Notes: generated by a model from the letters alone, not told the origin. A stretch of 64,000 nt of DNA from Octopus sinensis (GCF_006345805.1 NC_042997.1:6820001-6884000); one strand, 5' to 3'; counted from the stretch's first letter, positions 12,613 to 26,717 are shown. Numbers and translations: made by a program.

Positions 12613-13006
12613 AGGAAGCACTCCGTCGGTTACGACGATGAGGGTTCCGGTTTATCCGAATCAACGGAACAGCCTGCTCGTGAAAATTAAGTGTAAGTGT
12701 GGCTGGCTGAGCACTTCACAGAACACGTGCACCCTTAACGTAGTTCTCGGGGATATTCAGCGTGACACAGAGTGTGACAAGGCCGGCCCCTTGAAATACA
12801 GGTACAACAGAAACAGGAAGTAAGAGTGAGAGAAAGTTGTGGTGAAAGAGTACAGCAGGGATCACCACTATCCCGTGCCGGAGCCTCGTGGAGCTTTTAG
12901 GTGTTTTCGCTCAATAAACACTCACAACGCCCGGTCTGGGAATCAAAACTGCGATCGTATGACCGCGAGTCCGCTGCCCTAACCACTGGGCCATTGCGCT
13001 CCACAC
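12613..13006 (-). mobile_element. SINE family C (tRNA head, RTE-like 3' tail), full length
   Basis: Minus-strand head gtggagcgcaatggcccagtggttagggcagcggactcgcggtc...gattcccagacc; tail ...ccctcatcgtcgtaaccgacggagtgcttcc; highly similar to 21348-21706. The RTE origin of the tail is from recollection. Confidence 0.88.
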
Positions 13007-13845
13007 AGCATATATGAGGGAAAGTAAAAATCAACTTCATGCCTTCAAATTATAAAAAGGAAAGGAAGCATATTTTTTATTGATTATACGTATATAACCA
13101 TCTATACGTTTTGTGTGTACGCTTTGTCATCAGAAAACTGTAATGAACCAATTGGTTAGTAAAAGCAGGAATTAATCCACACATTTTATTTTTATAGTCA
13201 TACTGAGGTACAAATTGTGCTAAACACGATAAATGCTTTTCATAGCGTATCTCCATGACGTCGATTATTGGCCAAACATTTCTCATTATGAGATTACTGT
13301 GTAGGTCTTTAATTAATAATGTGGTAAACATTAACAAAATTTGCCCCTTATTCAAAATCCACTAACGACTTCAGATGATCTCGTGTTTAGATACGATACA
13401 AACATATGCGCATTGCTAGATTATAGTAATCTTTGTGAGCGGGATTGTGTAAACGATGTCTAAAGAAATTTTGCTAAAAGGTGAAATAACAAGAATAATG
13501 CATTTTATATGGAAATAAAAAGCAACATATTCTGCCTTAAATAGCAGCAATCTGCAGCGGGGAGATATATGCATAAGTACTAAAAACAAAATGGGCACAT
13601 AAAATGCTATAAAACGCGCATTCACTCAGGTTCACTCCCTCACGCATATAACAAACGCACCATCGGTTGCATTTCTACCTTGTAGAAATGTTAAAAAAAG
13701 AAAAACACGCAAACAAGTTATAATTACTAACGTTAGTCTTCAGATAAACTTAGCATAATATTTTATAAGAAAGTAGAAAAAAACTACTTATTACTTTTGA
13801 TATCACAGCTTCAGAAATATTTTGAATGATCCTACATCTTGCTTA

Positions 13846-13849
<4 letters not shown>

Positions 13850-13881
<32 letters not shown>

Positions 13882-14048
13882 TGTATGTATGTATGTATGT
13901 ATGTATGTTTGTATGTAGTAGTTATTATATGTTGATGTATTCATTATATATATCTACATGTTGTATATGTGTATATATATGTCAATATATATGATATATC
14001 ATATATATATCATATATATTATTATATATATATATATATATATATATA

Positions 14049-14090
<42 letters not shown>

Positions 14091-14138
14091 TATATAATAT
14101 ACTATATAATATATATATATATATATGTACATATATAT
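13850..14138. repeat. (TATG)n followed by (TA)n
   Basis: Direct inspection. Confidence 0.9.
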
Positions 14139-14372
14139 GTTGAGGCGCAGGCGTAGTGGATAGGTTGTTGGATTCATTATCATAAAATTGTGATTTCGAT
14201 ACCTGGGCAGGGCGATGGGTTGTGTCTTTGAGCAAAATACTTCATTTCACATTGCACCGGTCCATTCAACCGACAAAAATTAATAATCCTACGGCGGATA
14301 TATATGCCACTGAAACCGGGAAAGCAGCCCTTATGAGCCTGGATCGCTCGGAAAGGAAACAGATCTTTTATC
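14139..14372 (+). mobile_element. SINE family D, diverged
   Basis: tRNA-like head, central 'gtgtctttgagcaaaatacttcatttcac', tail 'aaccgggaaagcagcccttatgagcctgg'; similar to the reverse complement of 39909-40155. Confidence 0.7.
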
Positions 14373-14504
14373 TATATATATTTATATACATATAGAAAGT
14401 GTGTGTGTGTGTATGTGAGAGAGAGAGATTATGGAAAGGGATAGAGAGATAGCTATAGATATGCATACGTCAAGATATTTGTGTGTGTATTTACCTACAT
14501 ATAG

Positions 14505-14610
14505 GTATGTATGTATGTACGTATGTATGTATGTATGTATGTATGTATGTATGTATGTATGTATGTATGTATGTATGTATGTATGTATGTATGTATGCAT
14601 GTATGTATGT
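14505..14610. repeat. (TATG)n microsatellite
   Basis: Direct inspection. Confidence 0.95.
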
Positions 14611-15529
14611 TTGTGCGGATGTGTTTGTGTGTGTGTCTCAAAGTGTTTTGAAATACAACTTGTGGAATTCTACAAAATTTGACTGGTTACTCACACCCTA
14701 GTGAAATCTATATTTCTCGGTGTAGCAAAATACTTAACTTTATTAAAACATAGTTCTCTTTATTTATGTATAACCTGTCCATCAAACGCAGACATAGTAA
14801 AATAATTTATAAAATGTTGACGGTGAATTGAGTGTAGGTAATGATTTGACAACAAGCAATACGTTTCTTGTACTACTCCGCATTTTTGATTGGTAATGTT
14901 AATATTTTTGTCTGCACGGGTTGATTTCAATAAACATCGTTACCGAGATTTAAGATGGCTTAATCTACTTAAATGTTCGCCAGTCTGATTTGCTGAGAGA
15001 GCTTTGCATATCGTACGTGAACGAGTGCATATCTGTATATCTAAGTAAAACAACCCCTCCAAACACATACATAAACACAAACACACACATATTGTTTGAT
15101 CATCTGAAGTAGCTATTTATGCAATTAGCTTGCGACATTCGACATGTTAAGAATTCAATACGTACTTGTAAGCTTAACTCAATTTTCAGAATGATGCTGT
15201 CTTATATAAGATTCAAAGGATACACATTGAATGAAAATATATAATCACCCAATTATGCTGTCACATAGATTGCATCAAAATTCTGACAACTATATTCAAA
15301 AGAGTTTCCTTAATGCCGCGTAAAAATTGAAACGATGAAATATACTGCCACGGAATAAATCAGGGTCTAAATTTTGATATAGTTCTCAATAAAACGAAGC
15401 GAAATTCTGAATTTCGCACATCCATGTCATCGTGTTCATAGATACACATAATGCATACAGTTACACTCACACGTACATGAAATATATACACAACCTTTAT
15501 ACATACACACACACACATACACACACACA

Positions 15530-15565
<36 letters not shown>

Positions 15566-15694
15566 GTACACGCCTTTATATAACATATATATATATATAC
15601 ATATCACACGCCATATATATATTATATAATATATATATATATCACACGCCTTATATATATATATATATTATTTATATATATAAATATAATATAT

Positions 15695-15734
<40 letters not shown>

Positions 15735-15955
15735 TATATGTGTGTGTGTGTATGTATGCATATACGTGTGTGTGTGTATGTAAAATGAATACATCTGTGT
15801 GCATTGCGAGTGCATGGGGATGTAAATAAAACTTCTTATTCCCTTAATGCTAACTATTACAAGAGGATTAGCGAAGATGCAGGAATATTTATAGTGTTGC
15901 CACAACTTGACCATGTCTCTCGAGCAAAGCAACTAAAAGACTATATGTGTATATA

Positions 15956-16009
<54 letters not shown>

Positions 16010-16029
16010 CTATATAATATATATAATGA

Positions 16030-16330
16030 GGGGGCATATTGAGGCCTTGTTATTAGACGTTGTACTCATGAACGGTAGGTCATGATTTCAATTGCTAGAC
16101 GAGATGGTGCGTAGTGCTCTTGAGCAAAATATTTCATCTCACGTTGATCTGCTGTCACTTCGACACTTGACGTGTGGCACACAGTGCACTTCTTCTGACA
16201 ACGTTGATTTGGTGAGAGAAAATGAGATAATGCTAGGCATGAACATTTCATCATTATACACAAATCATTTGTGCTGGTCGTTCAGCAAAAACCTGAATAC
16301 TCATATGTCATCTTCGACCCGTGAACCCAG
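16030..16330 (+). mobile_element. Diverged tRNA-derived SINE
   Basis: Degenerate tRNA head followed by 'gtgctcttgagcaaaatatttcatctcacgttg', the central motif shared with 14139 and 16405. Confidence 0.5.
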
Positions 16331-16404
<74 letters not shown>

Positions 16405-16409
<5 letters not shown>

Positions 16410-16727
16410 CCTCCTGCGGTCACGACACCGACCAGGGTATTCGACCTAGAAAGTTACCCTCCCAGGCACATGTCCGGGCAAGCCTGTTTATGGAAGACCA
16501 GCAGTCGTCCATGCATACCGTCCTCCCCTCTCTACGCCACCAGTGTTATCCAAGGGAAAGGCAAAGGCCGATACAGCTTGGCACCTGTGACGTCGCAACT
16601 CATTTCTACAACTGAGTGAACTGGATCAACGTGAAATAAATTGTCTTGCTCAAGAAAACAACACTCAGCCCGGTCCGGGATTCGAGCTCACAACATCACG
16701 ATCGTAAGCACGACGCTCTAAGCGCTG
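16405..16727 (-). mobile_element. tRNA-derived SINE with family-D-like centre and a different GC-rich tail
   Basis: Minus strand: tRNA-like head (..gagctcgaatcccggaccgg), 'ttcttgagcaagacaatttatttcacgttgatccagttcactcag', then tail cctttgcctttcccttggataac... Confidence 0.75.
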
Positions 16728-17631
16728 ATGTAGATATATAGATAGACACACACAAAGCGAGAGGGACGGAGAGTATATGCATGTAATATATGCAGACATG
16801 GAATATGTTTGTAATATAAAATATGAGCCTCCGTATATGTTTTTGAGAGAATGTGCCTGTATGCATGTGTAAACGTACTGTACTAATGCTCATTACTTTC
16901 ACTTCCACGTTGGGGAATATTAGGTAATTCACAAAACATCAACAATAAACCTGAATGTCTTGCAGCGTGAGCTCTTTGAAACGAGTAGCATTTGTTACAG
17001 TGCCAGATGCGATCATCGTTTTCTTTTTTTCTCTTTCTTTGTTCGAAGCACATGATCTTCTTTTGATATCTCATTCTTTCTTTTATCACAAAGAATAACA
17101 AAACAAATAAAAGGCAATTTCCAATTAAGTACAGGGCATGAGATTCGGTTTTTGAGAGGCATTCAATTTATCGTCGCTTTGGGTGCTAGATCATTTGTAG
17201 AATGTGAACAATATAACGTATATACTCCCCTAATGATCATTATTAAAATCACCAACACCTGGGACACAATCCTGTACGTCATTTACTCAGGACAAATCGA
17301 CAGCCCAGAAACAATATCCAACACAAACCATTTAGCCATATTTTTATAGGGTAATATCCCTAAGATATCGAGAAAGAATAAAACACATTTCAATGAGGAA
17401 CTTGGATGGATACCCCATGAAATCCCAGACGATTGTCTGATTTCAGACAACGTCACCTCTTCGCATGAATGGTCTTAAAACCGTGACTAAGGAACATTAC
17501 TATGAGTTGAAATGAAGCAATAATTACCTTAGCATATCAATTCTTACGGATATGCATGCGTATAGGTGTGTATTTGTGTGTTTCTGTCTCTGTGTGTTTG
17601 TATGAGCGTGTATATGTATATGTAAGCAGAT

Positions 17632-17662
<31 letters not shown>

Positions 17663-17665
<3 letters not shown>

Positions 17666-18278
17666 GTGCTTCCACTGCACAACCGAACGCAGCTCTGTGT
17701 GAATTGGTAGTGTGATACGGTTTCTTGTTGTGTTCCTATTTTCACTGTATTGTGTTTTACGTCGGATGTGTGTGGGGTCTAGCAGTGCTATTTTTTGTAT
17801 GTTATATATACTAGTAAATCTTGGTGTTTTTGGTATGAATCTGTTTCATTATTTTTTATCATACTGAATAAGCCTACTATGATAGGCATTTTTTCAGTTT
17901 GTAGATTCCATAATCCAGTTACCTCTATTTCTAGATATTTGTATTTTGAAAGTTATTCCCATTCTTTTCGAGAAACATTGTCATCTGCTGGTATTGATAC
18001 ATCAATTAGAAAGCTTTATTTTCTTGGTGATCTCTGACAACTAAATCCGGCTTATTGGCCTTATTTTTTTCTATTTCAGTGTATTAGCATATCCCAGCGT
18101 ATGGTTGCATTCTCATTTTCTGTAACCATTTCTGGCATGTGCCTACACCATCTTTTTCCTGTTGTTATTCCATAGAGCTGGCATAGCTCGCAGTATATAT
18201 CGGTCCCAAATCTGTCGTGTCCTTGGATTTATTCCTTAGGATTTATTGTTCTCTCTCCATTTCTACACATTCAGCAGT
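17663..18278 (-). pseudogene. R4/Dong-like LINE 3' fragment (restriction-like endonuclease domain + 3'UTR)
   Basis: Minus-strand translation with frameshifts: ..HxxxGTDIYCELCQLYGITTGKRWCRHMPEMVTENENATIRWDMLIH..RPDLVVRDHQENKAFLIDVSIPADDNVSRKEWE..SKYKYLEIEVTGLWNLQTE.. (PD-(D/E)xK-type RLE). Confidence 0.85.
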
Positions 18279-18279
18279 T

Positions 18280-18299
18280 TATTATTATTATTATTATTA

Positions 18300-18336
<37 letters not shown>

Positions 18337-18622
18337 GTCTATTATTAGTATCATTATTATTATTATTATAATTATTATTATTATTATTATTTATTATTAT
18401 TATTATTAACATTATTATTATCATCATCATCATCATCATCTCATCATCATATCATCATTATCATTGTTGTTGTTATTGTTATTATTATTATTATTATATT
18501 ATTATTATTATCATTACTATTATTATTATCATATTATTATTATTATCATCATCATTATTATTATTATTATCATTATTATTATTATTATTTTTAATATGTT
18601 TATTATGATTATTATTATTATC

Positions 18623-18673
<51 letters not shown>
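18280..18673. repeat. (ATT)n / (ATC)n array
   Basis: Direct inspection; lies between two LINE 3' fragments. Confidence 0.95.
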
Positions 18674-18880
18674 ATTCAGTAGTTTTATTTTTATAGCGTG
18701 CTTTCACTTCACTACGGAGCACAGCTCAGTGTGCCTTGGGTATGTGCTGTGATTTGTTGGGATGCTCTTAGGTTAGTGTATTGAAAGTGTTTTGCGAAGG
18801 AGATGTGTGCAGTGCCTAGTAGTGCAATTTTATGTACGTTATATTCGTTTGTAAGTCCTGGTGTTTTATTTGTATATTAT
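18674..18880 (-). mobile_element. Extreme 3' end of a second R4/Dong-like LINE copy ending in (TAA)n
   Basis: Minus strand: ..KTPGLTN..NVHKIALLGTAHI.. then a 3'UTR (cacactgagctgtgctccgtagtgaagtgaaagcacg) homologous to 17663-17760, running into (AAT)n. Confidence 0.8.
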
Positions 18881-19172
18881 ATATATATTTGTAAGTCCTT
18901 TATATATATCATATTATATTATATATATATATTAGAGGGTGTGTAAGACCTTATGCCTGAGGATCCTAAATTACGGCATGAGTCAAGATGAAGTGGGACA
19001 AAAAATACAGGCAGTAAAAGAAGAAAAGAAGTTTAATTGCATTAAAGGCGTACTGGTATCTGCTAGGTTTTTATCCAGTCAGCAAGTCGAATGTCCCGTG
19101 TAGTAGCGCTTGTGTGGATCATTTATATGCATACATGCATCATAGCTTTATGTATCTATCTATCTATCTATA

Positions 19173-19222
<50 letters not shown>

Positions 19223-19242
19223 ATATCTATCTCTACTCTTCT

Positions 19243-19285
<43 letters not shown>

Positions 19286-19389
19286 GTGTGTTTATATATA
19301 TATACTGATAGATACATACATATATTATATATCTATATCTATCTATCTATCTATCTATATAATATATATATAATATATATTAACTCGCA

Positions 19390-19705
19390 CTTCGTCGGTA
19401 ATGACGCATGTTCCAGTTGATCCGATGAACGGAACAGCCTGCTTGAGAAATTATCGTGTAAGTGGTTAAGCACACAATACAAACGCGCACCCTTAACGTA
19501 ATATTCCTAGAGATTTAGCTTAGTCAAGAATGTGATGAGGTTGGCCCTTAGAATTACATTTACAACTTATTTTTGCCAGCCAATGGAAATGGACTAAGCT
19601 GAAGTAAAGCTTGTGGTCGGTGGACGCGACGCGCTACCGCGAATCGAACTTACGGCCTTACCAGTGTGGCCGAATATCCTAACCGCTGAAGCACTTGCCT
19701 TCACA
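19390..19705 (-). mobile_element. SINE family C, diverged
   Basis: 'gaacggaacagcctgcttgagaaattatcgtgtaagtggttaagcac...cccttaacgtaatattc' matches 12660-12760; degenerate tRNA head at the right end. Confidence 0.65.
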
Positions 19706-20378
19706 TACACGCGCGCACACACAAATTCACACTCACACATATATTTAGGCATTATATACCGACATAGTGGGACACTGCCTTGAATAATTTTTGTCGTTCA
19801 CATTATTCCCAGAAAATATTTTAAGAATTGTAATCATTTCATTTATTTTCTTTGTATAGAATCACTGAGTTGCATGTTTCGGAAGTAAACAATATATGTT
19901 GACAAGTAGCGAGATAAACGCACAGACACACAGACACATATAGGACAGGTTTACGCTCATCTTCCTTCTATAATATATTCATCCACAATGCATAGGACGG
20001 CGAAGCCTTATAGTAACTGCCACCTGCCTAAAGAATATCACGTGGTGTGGGACTTGGCGCCAAGCTGCGCGTCTGCGAAATGAAATTCTTACGCAGAATA
20101 GCCATACATGTGTTTGTAAACATAGACACACACACTACAAACACATATCTATCTATCTATATATATAAATATAAATAGAGACTCAATCATATATACATAT
20201 TTAAACATTCACGCATATACACACACGCACAGACATAAATACATACAGATATACATACATTACACACGCGCACACAACAATATATATATGATAATATGTT
20301 CATACATACGCTCAAAACAACTTCACGGCTGTATATATTTATGGTATACATAAATTTGTATATATTTATAAGTGTATA

Positions 20379-20720
20379 TGGTGTGGTTGCGTGGTAAGAT
20401 ACTTCCAACCCAATCACATGGTTCCGGGTTCAGTCCCACTACATGATACCTTCAGCGAGAGCCTACTATAGGCTCGGTGCGATTAAAGCCTTGTAAGAGG
20501 ATTTTGCATACAGAAAATGAAGGGAATCGTTGCATATATAAATGTGTGTGTGTGGTTGTTTGCTTGTGTGTGTGTTTGCATCTATATTCGCCCCCCCCCC
20601 AATACTGTTTGGCACACGGTAATGTGTAGCTATATCCCCGTAAATTAACGGTTCGGCAAAAAATAATAGTAGAATGAGTACGATGCTTTAAAACATTAAG
20701 TACTGCGGTCAATTCATTAT
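20379..20720 (+). mobile_element. SINE family A, diverged
   Basis: 'cacatggttccgggttcagtcccact' head and 'ccccgtaaattaacggttcggcaaaa' body. Confidence 0.75.
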
Positions 20721-20759
20721 GTATATATACATATATACATACACACACACACACACACA

Positions 20760-20823
<64 letters not shown>

Positions 20824-21256
20824 ACATAATCAAACATATATACACGCATAGATATATATACGGGTGTGTGTGGTGAGTGCGTGTAATATTTCGTTTTATT
20901 GAAAGAAAATTCTACGAATTAATTTGACACGTGTTTACTTTGTAAAATTTTTCTTTTCCTCATTTCACAACAATCATCGGAGCCTTTAAATAGGTATTAA
21001 TTGAATCAGTGTAACAAGCATTATGTTTCAAGTTATCTGTAACAGCATAATTGTGTCGTGTCTCCTGCTGTAACCGTAACATACATAACCACAGACACAC
21101 ACTCTCTTTCTCTCCCTCGCTTGCTCTCTATATCTCCACCCACCACAATATATATAAGTTTATGTACATAAGCACACCAACACACACACATATATATAAT
21201 ATATATATATATATATACATATATATATACCTGTATATATATATATATATATGTAA

Positions 21257-21310
<54 letters not shown>

Positions 21311-21347
21311 TATACATAGTATATATATATATATATTATATATGTGT

Positions 21348-21706
21348 GTGGAGGCGCAATGGCCCAGTGGTTAGGGCAGCGAACTCGTGGTCATAGGATC
21401 GCGGTTTCGATTCCCAGACCGGGCGTTGTGAGTGTTTATTGAGAGAAAACACCTAAAGCTCCACGAGCCTCCGGTAGTACTCTTTCACCACAACATTCTC
21501 TCACTCTTACTTCTTGTTTCTGTTGTACCTGTATTTCAAGGGGCCGGCCTTGTCACTCTCTGTGTCACGCTGAATATCCCCGAGAACTACGTTAAGGGTA
21601 CACGTGTCTGTGGAGTGCTCAGCCACTTACACGTTAATTTCACGAGCAGGCTGTTCCGTTGATTCGGATCAACCTCATCATCGTAACCGATGGAGTGCTT
21701 CCATCC
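21348..21706 (+). mobile_element. SINE family C, near full length with small internal deletion
   Basis: gtggaggcgcaatggcccagtggttagggcagcgaactc...gattcccagacc head; body and tail match 12613-13006. Confidence 0.88.
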
Positions 21707-21741
<35 letters not shown>

Positions 21742-23235
21742 ATATATATAATATATATATATATCTAAATATATATACACATATATACATACGTAAATAT
21801 AGCTGCATATATATATATATATATATATATATGCAGATATATTTATATGCTTGTCTTCACACAAAATATGTACACATCTTATTTATAATTTCTCATCTGT
21901 TTCTCGAGAAAAACGTGTTCCATGAGTTTGTGTTTTGAAGTCTTAAGAATATGTATTGCTCCACAAATTGCTGACATCGCGATTTCAAACATCTCTATGT
22001 CACATGGTATCAGGTGACACGTTCATTCGGCATGCAAGTACCAAATATTAGTCTACACGTGGCTGTTTATGTAATGTACAACATTATTAAATCGAATTTT
22101 ACTGATCCGCTTTGATTCTGTCGGTGATTATGTATTACACCTTTTGAAGATGTATGCCATCTATCTCTTTGAAACCTCTACTTTTCCTCTTTTCTTTTCT
22201 TTTTCTTTGGCAGTAATTATATTGATCCATAAATACTTTCGTAAAACTATAGGTTATGATTTCGGCTACACGTCTCTTACATTTGAAAGCCGGTTTATTG
22301 AATGGAGTCAACTTATTAGTCTAGGGGCTTCAATTAATAGATTTGCTAGGCTTAGAATTACATATCTTTGTATGCATGTAATTCTCTGTAAGTCAAATTC
22401 ACAGAATTTGAATTTAATTTTTAACGTGAGGCCTTCTGGTTTAAAACATTTGTTTTTATTCATCTGATCAACATTGTAAATCTAAAGCCTCTCAGCTAAT
22501 GCATCGTTTAGCTTATATTTAAGGAATACACTTTACAAAATACTTCTCTTTTCAATATAGTGACCAATATTTGGAGTGATGTTATTGGTGTAGTTTAGTT
22601 TTATTCATAAATACATATTTATAAATACATATAAGTACTGATAAATTTATAAGTAAAATTTTGTTTTGCCTGATAATCGAACTTATGCATTTAGTTTGAA
22701 TATTCAAAAGTATATCTATGAAAATCATAAACATTTTAATGTACAGATTGCATGAGAGTAAACTTTGTCGGGACGTTTTATGTTTAAATGAAGTTTAACA
22801 GAGCGTATAGTAATATTGCGTAGTTAACATCATTTCTTCGACGGCACAATGTTAATTAAAACAAACAGCTTAAAATAATCTAAAATTATTTCTGCAACTA
22901 TACTTCATTTTCGTTACAATTCATGTGTCATCCGAGAGGCAAATGTCATGCAACAAGCGTTAAATTTGCAACTATTATTTTAACATAATTCTATCCTCCA
23001 TTATATTTCATGCTTTTGATACATGCAATGAATTCATTCTAAGGTGAAAGAATTATAATTGGTATAATTGGTATTACTGTGTTTCATATAAAACATGTCA
23101 TGTCACTGTTCGTAATTAATTTGAATTGCTGGTATCACTTAGGTATTTGTAACCTTGACCTTGCAGTAAAACTGCTTATATTTTGATTTTGGTTGCCAGT
23201 TTTAAGCGATTTTTGTTCCTATCATTATTCCTTGA

Positions 23236-23602
23236 TTCTTTTATTTGTTTCAGTCATTTGACTGCGGCCATGCTGGAACACCGCCTTTGAACAAATCGAC
23301 CCCCCAGGACTTATTCTTTGTAAGTCTAGTACTAATTCTATCGTTCCTTTTGCTCAACCACTAATTTACGGGGACGTAAATACAAGTGACAGTGGGTGGG
23401 GTGTGGAAAACACAGACACACAAACATATACATATATACGATGGGCTTCTTTCCGTTTCCGTCTAACAAATCCTCTCACAAGGCTTTGGTCGGTCCGAAT
23501 CCATATTAGAAGACACCTGCCCAAGGTGCCACGCAGTGGGACTGAACCCGGAACAATGCGGTTGGTAAGCAAGCTGCTTACCAAACAGCCACTTCTTTGT
23601 CT
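23236..23602 (-). mobile_element. SINE family A, full length
   Basis: Colinear with 4193-4604. Confidence 0.9.
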
Positions 23603-24782
23603 ATGTATAATAGTTACAAATGTATGGATATCTCGTATCCTCTAACTTCCCATGCTTAAGTGCTCTGTGAAACAAATTCATGTTGAATGACTTGGTAAAA
23701 ATTCCGATATTCCATAGACTTTCCTTCCCATTTATTTAGGTCATCATTTCAGAATATAAACGCAGCTTTCTTTCTCTTTATCCTTCGTTCTTTTTCTTGC
23801 TTTTGGAAGCATTTCTCCAAGAATTCGGACATGAAACTCAGCAAATTATTTCCACTATGGCTGATACAATGGTGGATATAAGTTAAATACAAATATGAGA
23901 CAAAAATGTCTACGTAAATGTTAACTCTTACGGTAAACAACCTACGTAAATCTAATATTTTATCTTTTGTTTCTGAAACTAAGCATTATTGTTACTGTAA
24001 TTCTTAAAACACCAAAAATTAAACAATACAAGATTTCCAAAGTACACATTTATACTTACCGAGATCTTATGGATGAGAGAGTGCTCGACTTAATACTTAA
24101 TAGAATGTACTTACTGTGATTCTTATTCTCACAAAAACAAAATAATTCTATTATTATTACCATCCTATAGACGCAGATGACAATCACAAAAATATATATT
24201 AAATTATTTCCGTTGTCAATAATCTCTTCACCAGAGAATTTTATCAACCCTTAACACGTAAAACTTTTCATTTGCCTTCATAATAAGAGTAGAAAATGCT
24301 ATAATTGAATGACTTTTATAGGTGTATAACTAACACGTAGTGTATTAAACCCGCAGAGTTGGGATCATATCCGGCAGTGACAAGTGCATATCGTTTGGAA
24401 CGTTTATAATAGAATATATTACAATGCTTAAATCATATTGTGCTTCTTAGAACGGCACAACGTATTTTACAAATATAGAGTATAGAAATAGTTTATAAAA
24501 CCGCAACAAGTTCACTGCATCAATGCTTAAAAAGGACCAACGATAAGGAATGGAATCTTGCAAGATGTATATTCATAAGAGAAATATAATTTAAAACATT
24601 TTTCGATGTTTTCATCCTTATGTCAATCGCTGCAAATCTTTACAGCGAAGTCGCTGAAATGTTTTTTTTTTTTTTTTAGTATTAACAACGTTCATTGTTT
24701 CATAACTTGAATGGCATTATATCAATATCATCATGTTTGTGCGACTGATTGACAAAACTAACATATTGTTACATGTTAGATC

Positions 24783-24978
24783 AAGGCGGTCATCTGACAA
24801 AACTGTTACCGCGCCGGTTAAATTGCTTCGCATTATATTGTGAGTGCAAATTTCGCACGGGTCAGCTTTACCATTCATCCTTTCGGGGTCAATAAAATAA
24901 GTAATTGCTGAGCACTAGAGAAGATGGGATCAACAAAACTCTCCTGCGTATTCTTGAAGGCCTTGCCCTTATAGCAGA
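24783..24978 (+). mobile_element. SINE family B, diverged
   Basis: 'cgggtcagctttaccattcatcctttcggggtcaataaaataagta' central motif shared with 26545 and 26845. Confidence 0.7.
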
Positions 24979-25029
24979 AATCATCATCATCTTTATTGTT
25001 ATTGTTGTTGTTGTTACAATCTATACTCC

Positions 25030-25430
25030 CCAGGAATATAGAGCATGGCATGCTTTAGTCGTGATTGCAGGTAATATTCTTCATTTAGTTCCCTCGGTAA
25101 CTTGTTTCTTGCGATATATTGATGTTTCTTCTTTTTGTAATATGATAAAGATTATATTTTGGTGGGATTCATTTTGTAAAGTATAGGTTTTGGGAGTTGA
25201 CTTGATTCCTATTATTGGGCGCCTATTGGTATAGAGCCGGTACTCCAAGAGCACAATGTTCCCTTTAAGGTAAAATTATGAATTCATAATACCTACAGCA
25301 GGATGTGGGTTGTTCGTATTTCAGGTGTTTTTCTCTTCTTCTTTTGACAATGTATAATTATCTCTAATGAATGATATGTCAAAAATATCTTGTCTCATAG
25401 CTTTATTCTGTTATTCATTACTACTTTCAC
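25030..25430 (-). pseudogene. Possible decayed Penelope-like RT fragment
   Basis: Weak minus-strand motifs HNFTLKG...IPIGA (~NxFxFNG..Q..G.PMG) and IYRKK (~VYRKPT); many disruptions. Confidence 0.3.
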
Positions 25431-25435
25431 TCATT

Positions 25436-25594
25436 AGGCGCATGCGTGGTTGTGTGCTAAGAAACTTACTTCCCAAACACATAGTTCAGTCCCACTACGT
25501 GGATCTTGGGCAGGTGTTGGACCTCGGGCCAACCTAAGTCTTGTGAGTGGATTTGTTAAACAGAAACTGAAAGAATCCCGTCGTATATATATAT

Positions 25595-25633
<39 letters not shown>

Positions 25634-25663
25634 ATGTATATTGTATTATATATATGTAGTATA

Positions 25664-25708
<45 letters not shown>

Positions 25709-25729
25709 ATATATATATATATATGTATG

Positions 25730-25760
<31 letters not shown>

Positions 25761-26047
25761 TATACATATACATATATATATATATATATACATATATATG
25801 CCACACACCACGCACACAATGTATCTATGTATGTGTACCTTTATGTCAGTGTTTTCCCCCCACCCATCATCGCTTGACAACCGATGTTGCTGTGTTTATG
25901 TCTCCGAAAGATAGTGGTTTGAAAAAGTAGACCGACAGAATTAATTCTACGCTTACAAAGAATAAGTCCTGAGGATGATTTCTTCGACTAAAGGTGATAC
26001 CCCAGCATGGCCGCAGTGAAATGACTGGAAGGTGTAAAAGAATGAAT
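25436..26047 (+). mobile_element. SINE family A with greatly expanded internal (TA)n (25584-25800)
   Basis: Head at 25436, 'gaaactgaaagaatcccgtcg' then long TA tract, 3' body ending 'ccccagcatggccgcagtgaaatgactgg'. Confidence 0.85.
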
Positions 26048-26263
26048 ATTAAATTGCAATAATGAAGAGACACCGCTTTCAAGGCTACACTGAAATATAT
26101 CGACCACAATACTTAAACACTGGTTCTTTTCACAAACGACTAGTTTACGGAGACTAAGAGAAAAAAATAGTTGTCGTGTGGTGATGTGGGATAAACACAA
26201 ACCCAAATACACACAGACATACACACACACATTTATGTAATGCATACACACATACATGCATAC

Positions 26264-26380
26264 GTATATATATATATATATACATATATATATCTATATA
26301 TACATATATATATATACATACATGTATATATATATACATATATATATATACACACATGTATATATATATATATATATATT

Positions 26381-26448
<68 letters not shown>

Positions 26449-26450
26449 GA

Positions 26451-26533
<83 letters not shown>

Positions 26534-26537
26534 TATA
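26264..26537. repeat. (TA)n microsatellite
   Basis: Direct inspection. Confidence 0.95.
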
Positions 26538-26544
26538 CGAATAA

Positions 26545-26716
26545 GGCGGCGAGCTGGCAGAAGTGTTAGTATGCTGGGCTAAATGCTTAGCGGTATTTCG
26601 GTCTATTTTCAAATACTGCCGAGGTCGACTTTGCCTTTGATGCATTCGGGGTCAATAAATTAAATACCAGATACGCACTGGAGTCGATGTAAACATCTGG
26701 TTCCCTCCGTGTAGAA

Positions 26717-26717
<1 letters not shown>
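26545..26717 (+). mobile_element. SINE family B
   Basis: ggcggcgagctggcagaagtgttagtatgctgggctaaatgcttagcggtatttcg...gaggtcgactttgcctttgatgcattcggggtc; followed by (ATT)n. Confidence 0.85.

Noticed and set aside
16405-16570. Possible HDV-like ribozyme in the GC-rich SINE tail
   Set aside because: Could not assign P1/P2/P3/P1.1 pairings by eye.
21348-21425. tRNA-like sequence (also 12930-13006, 40080-40155 and others)
   Set aside because: These are SINE heads: they continue into SINE bodies and have no complete acceptor stem.
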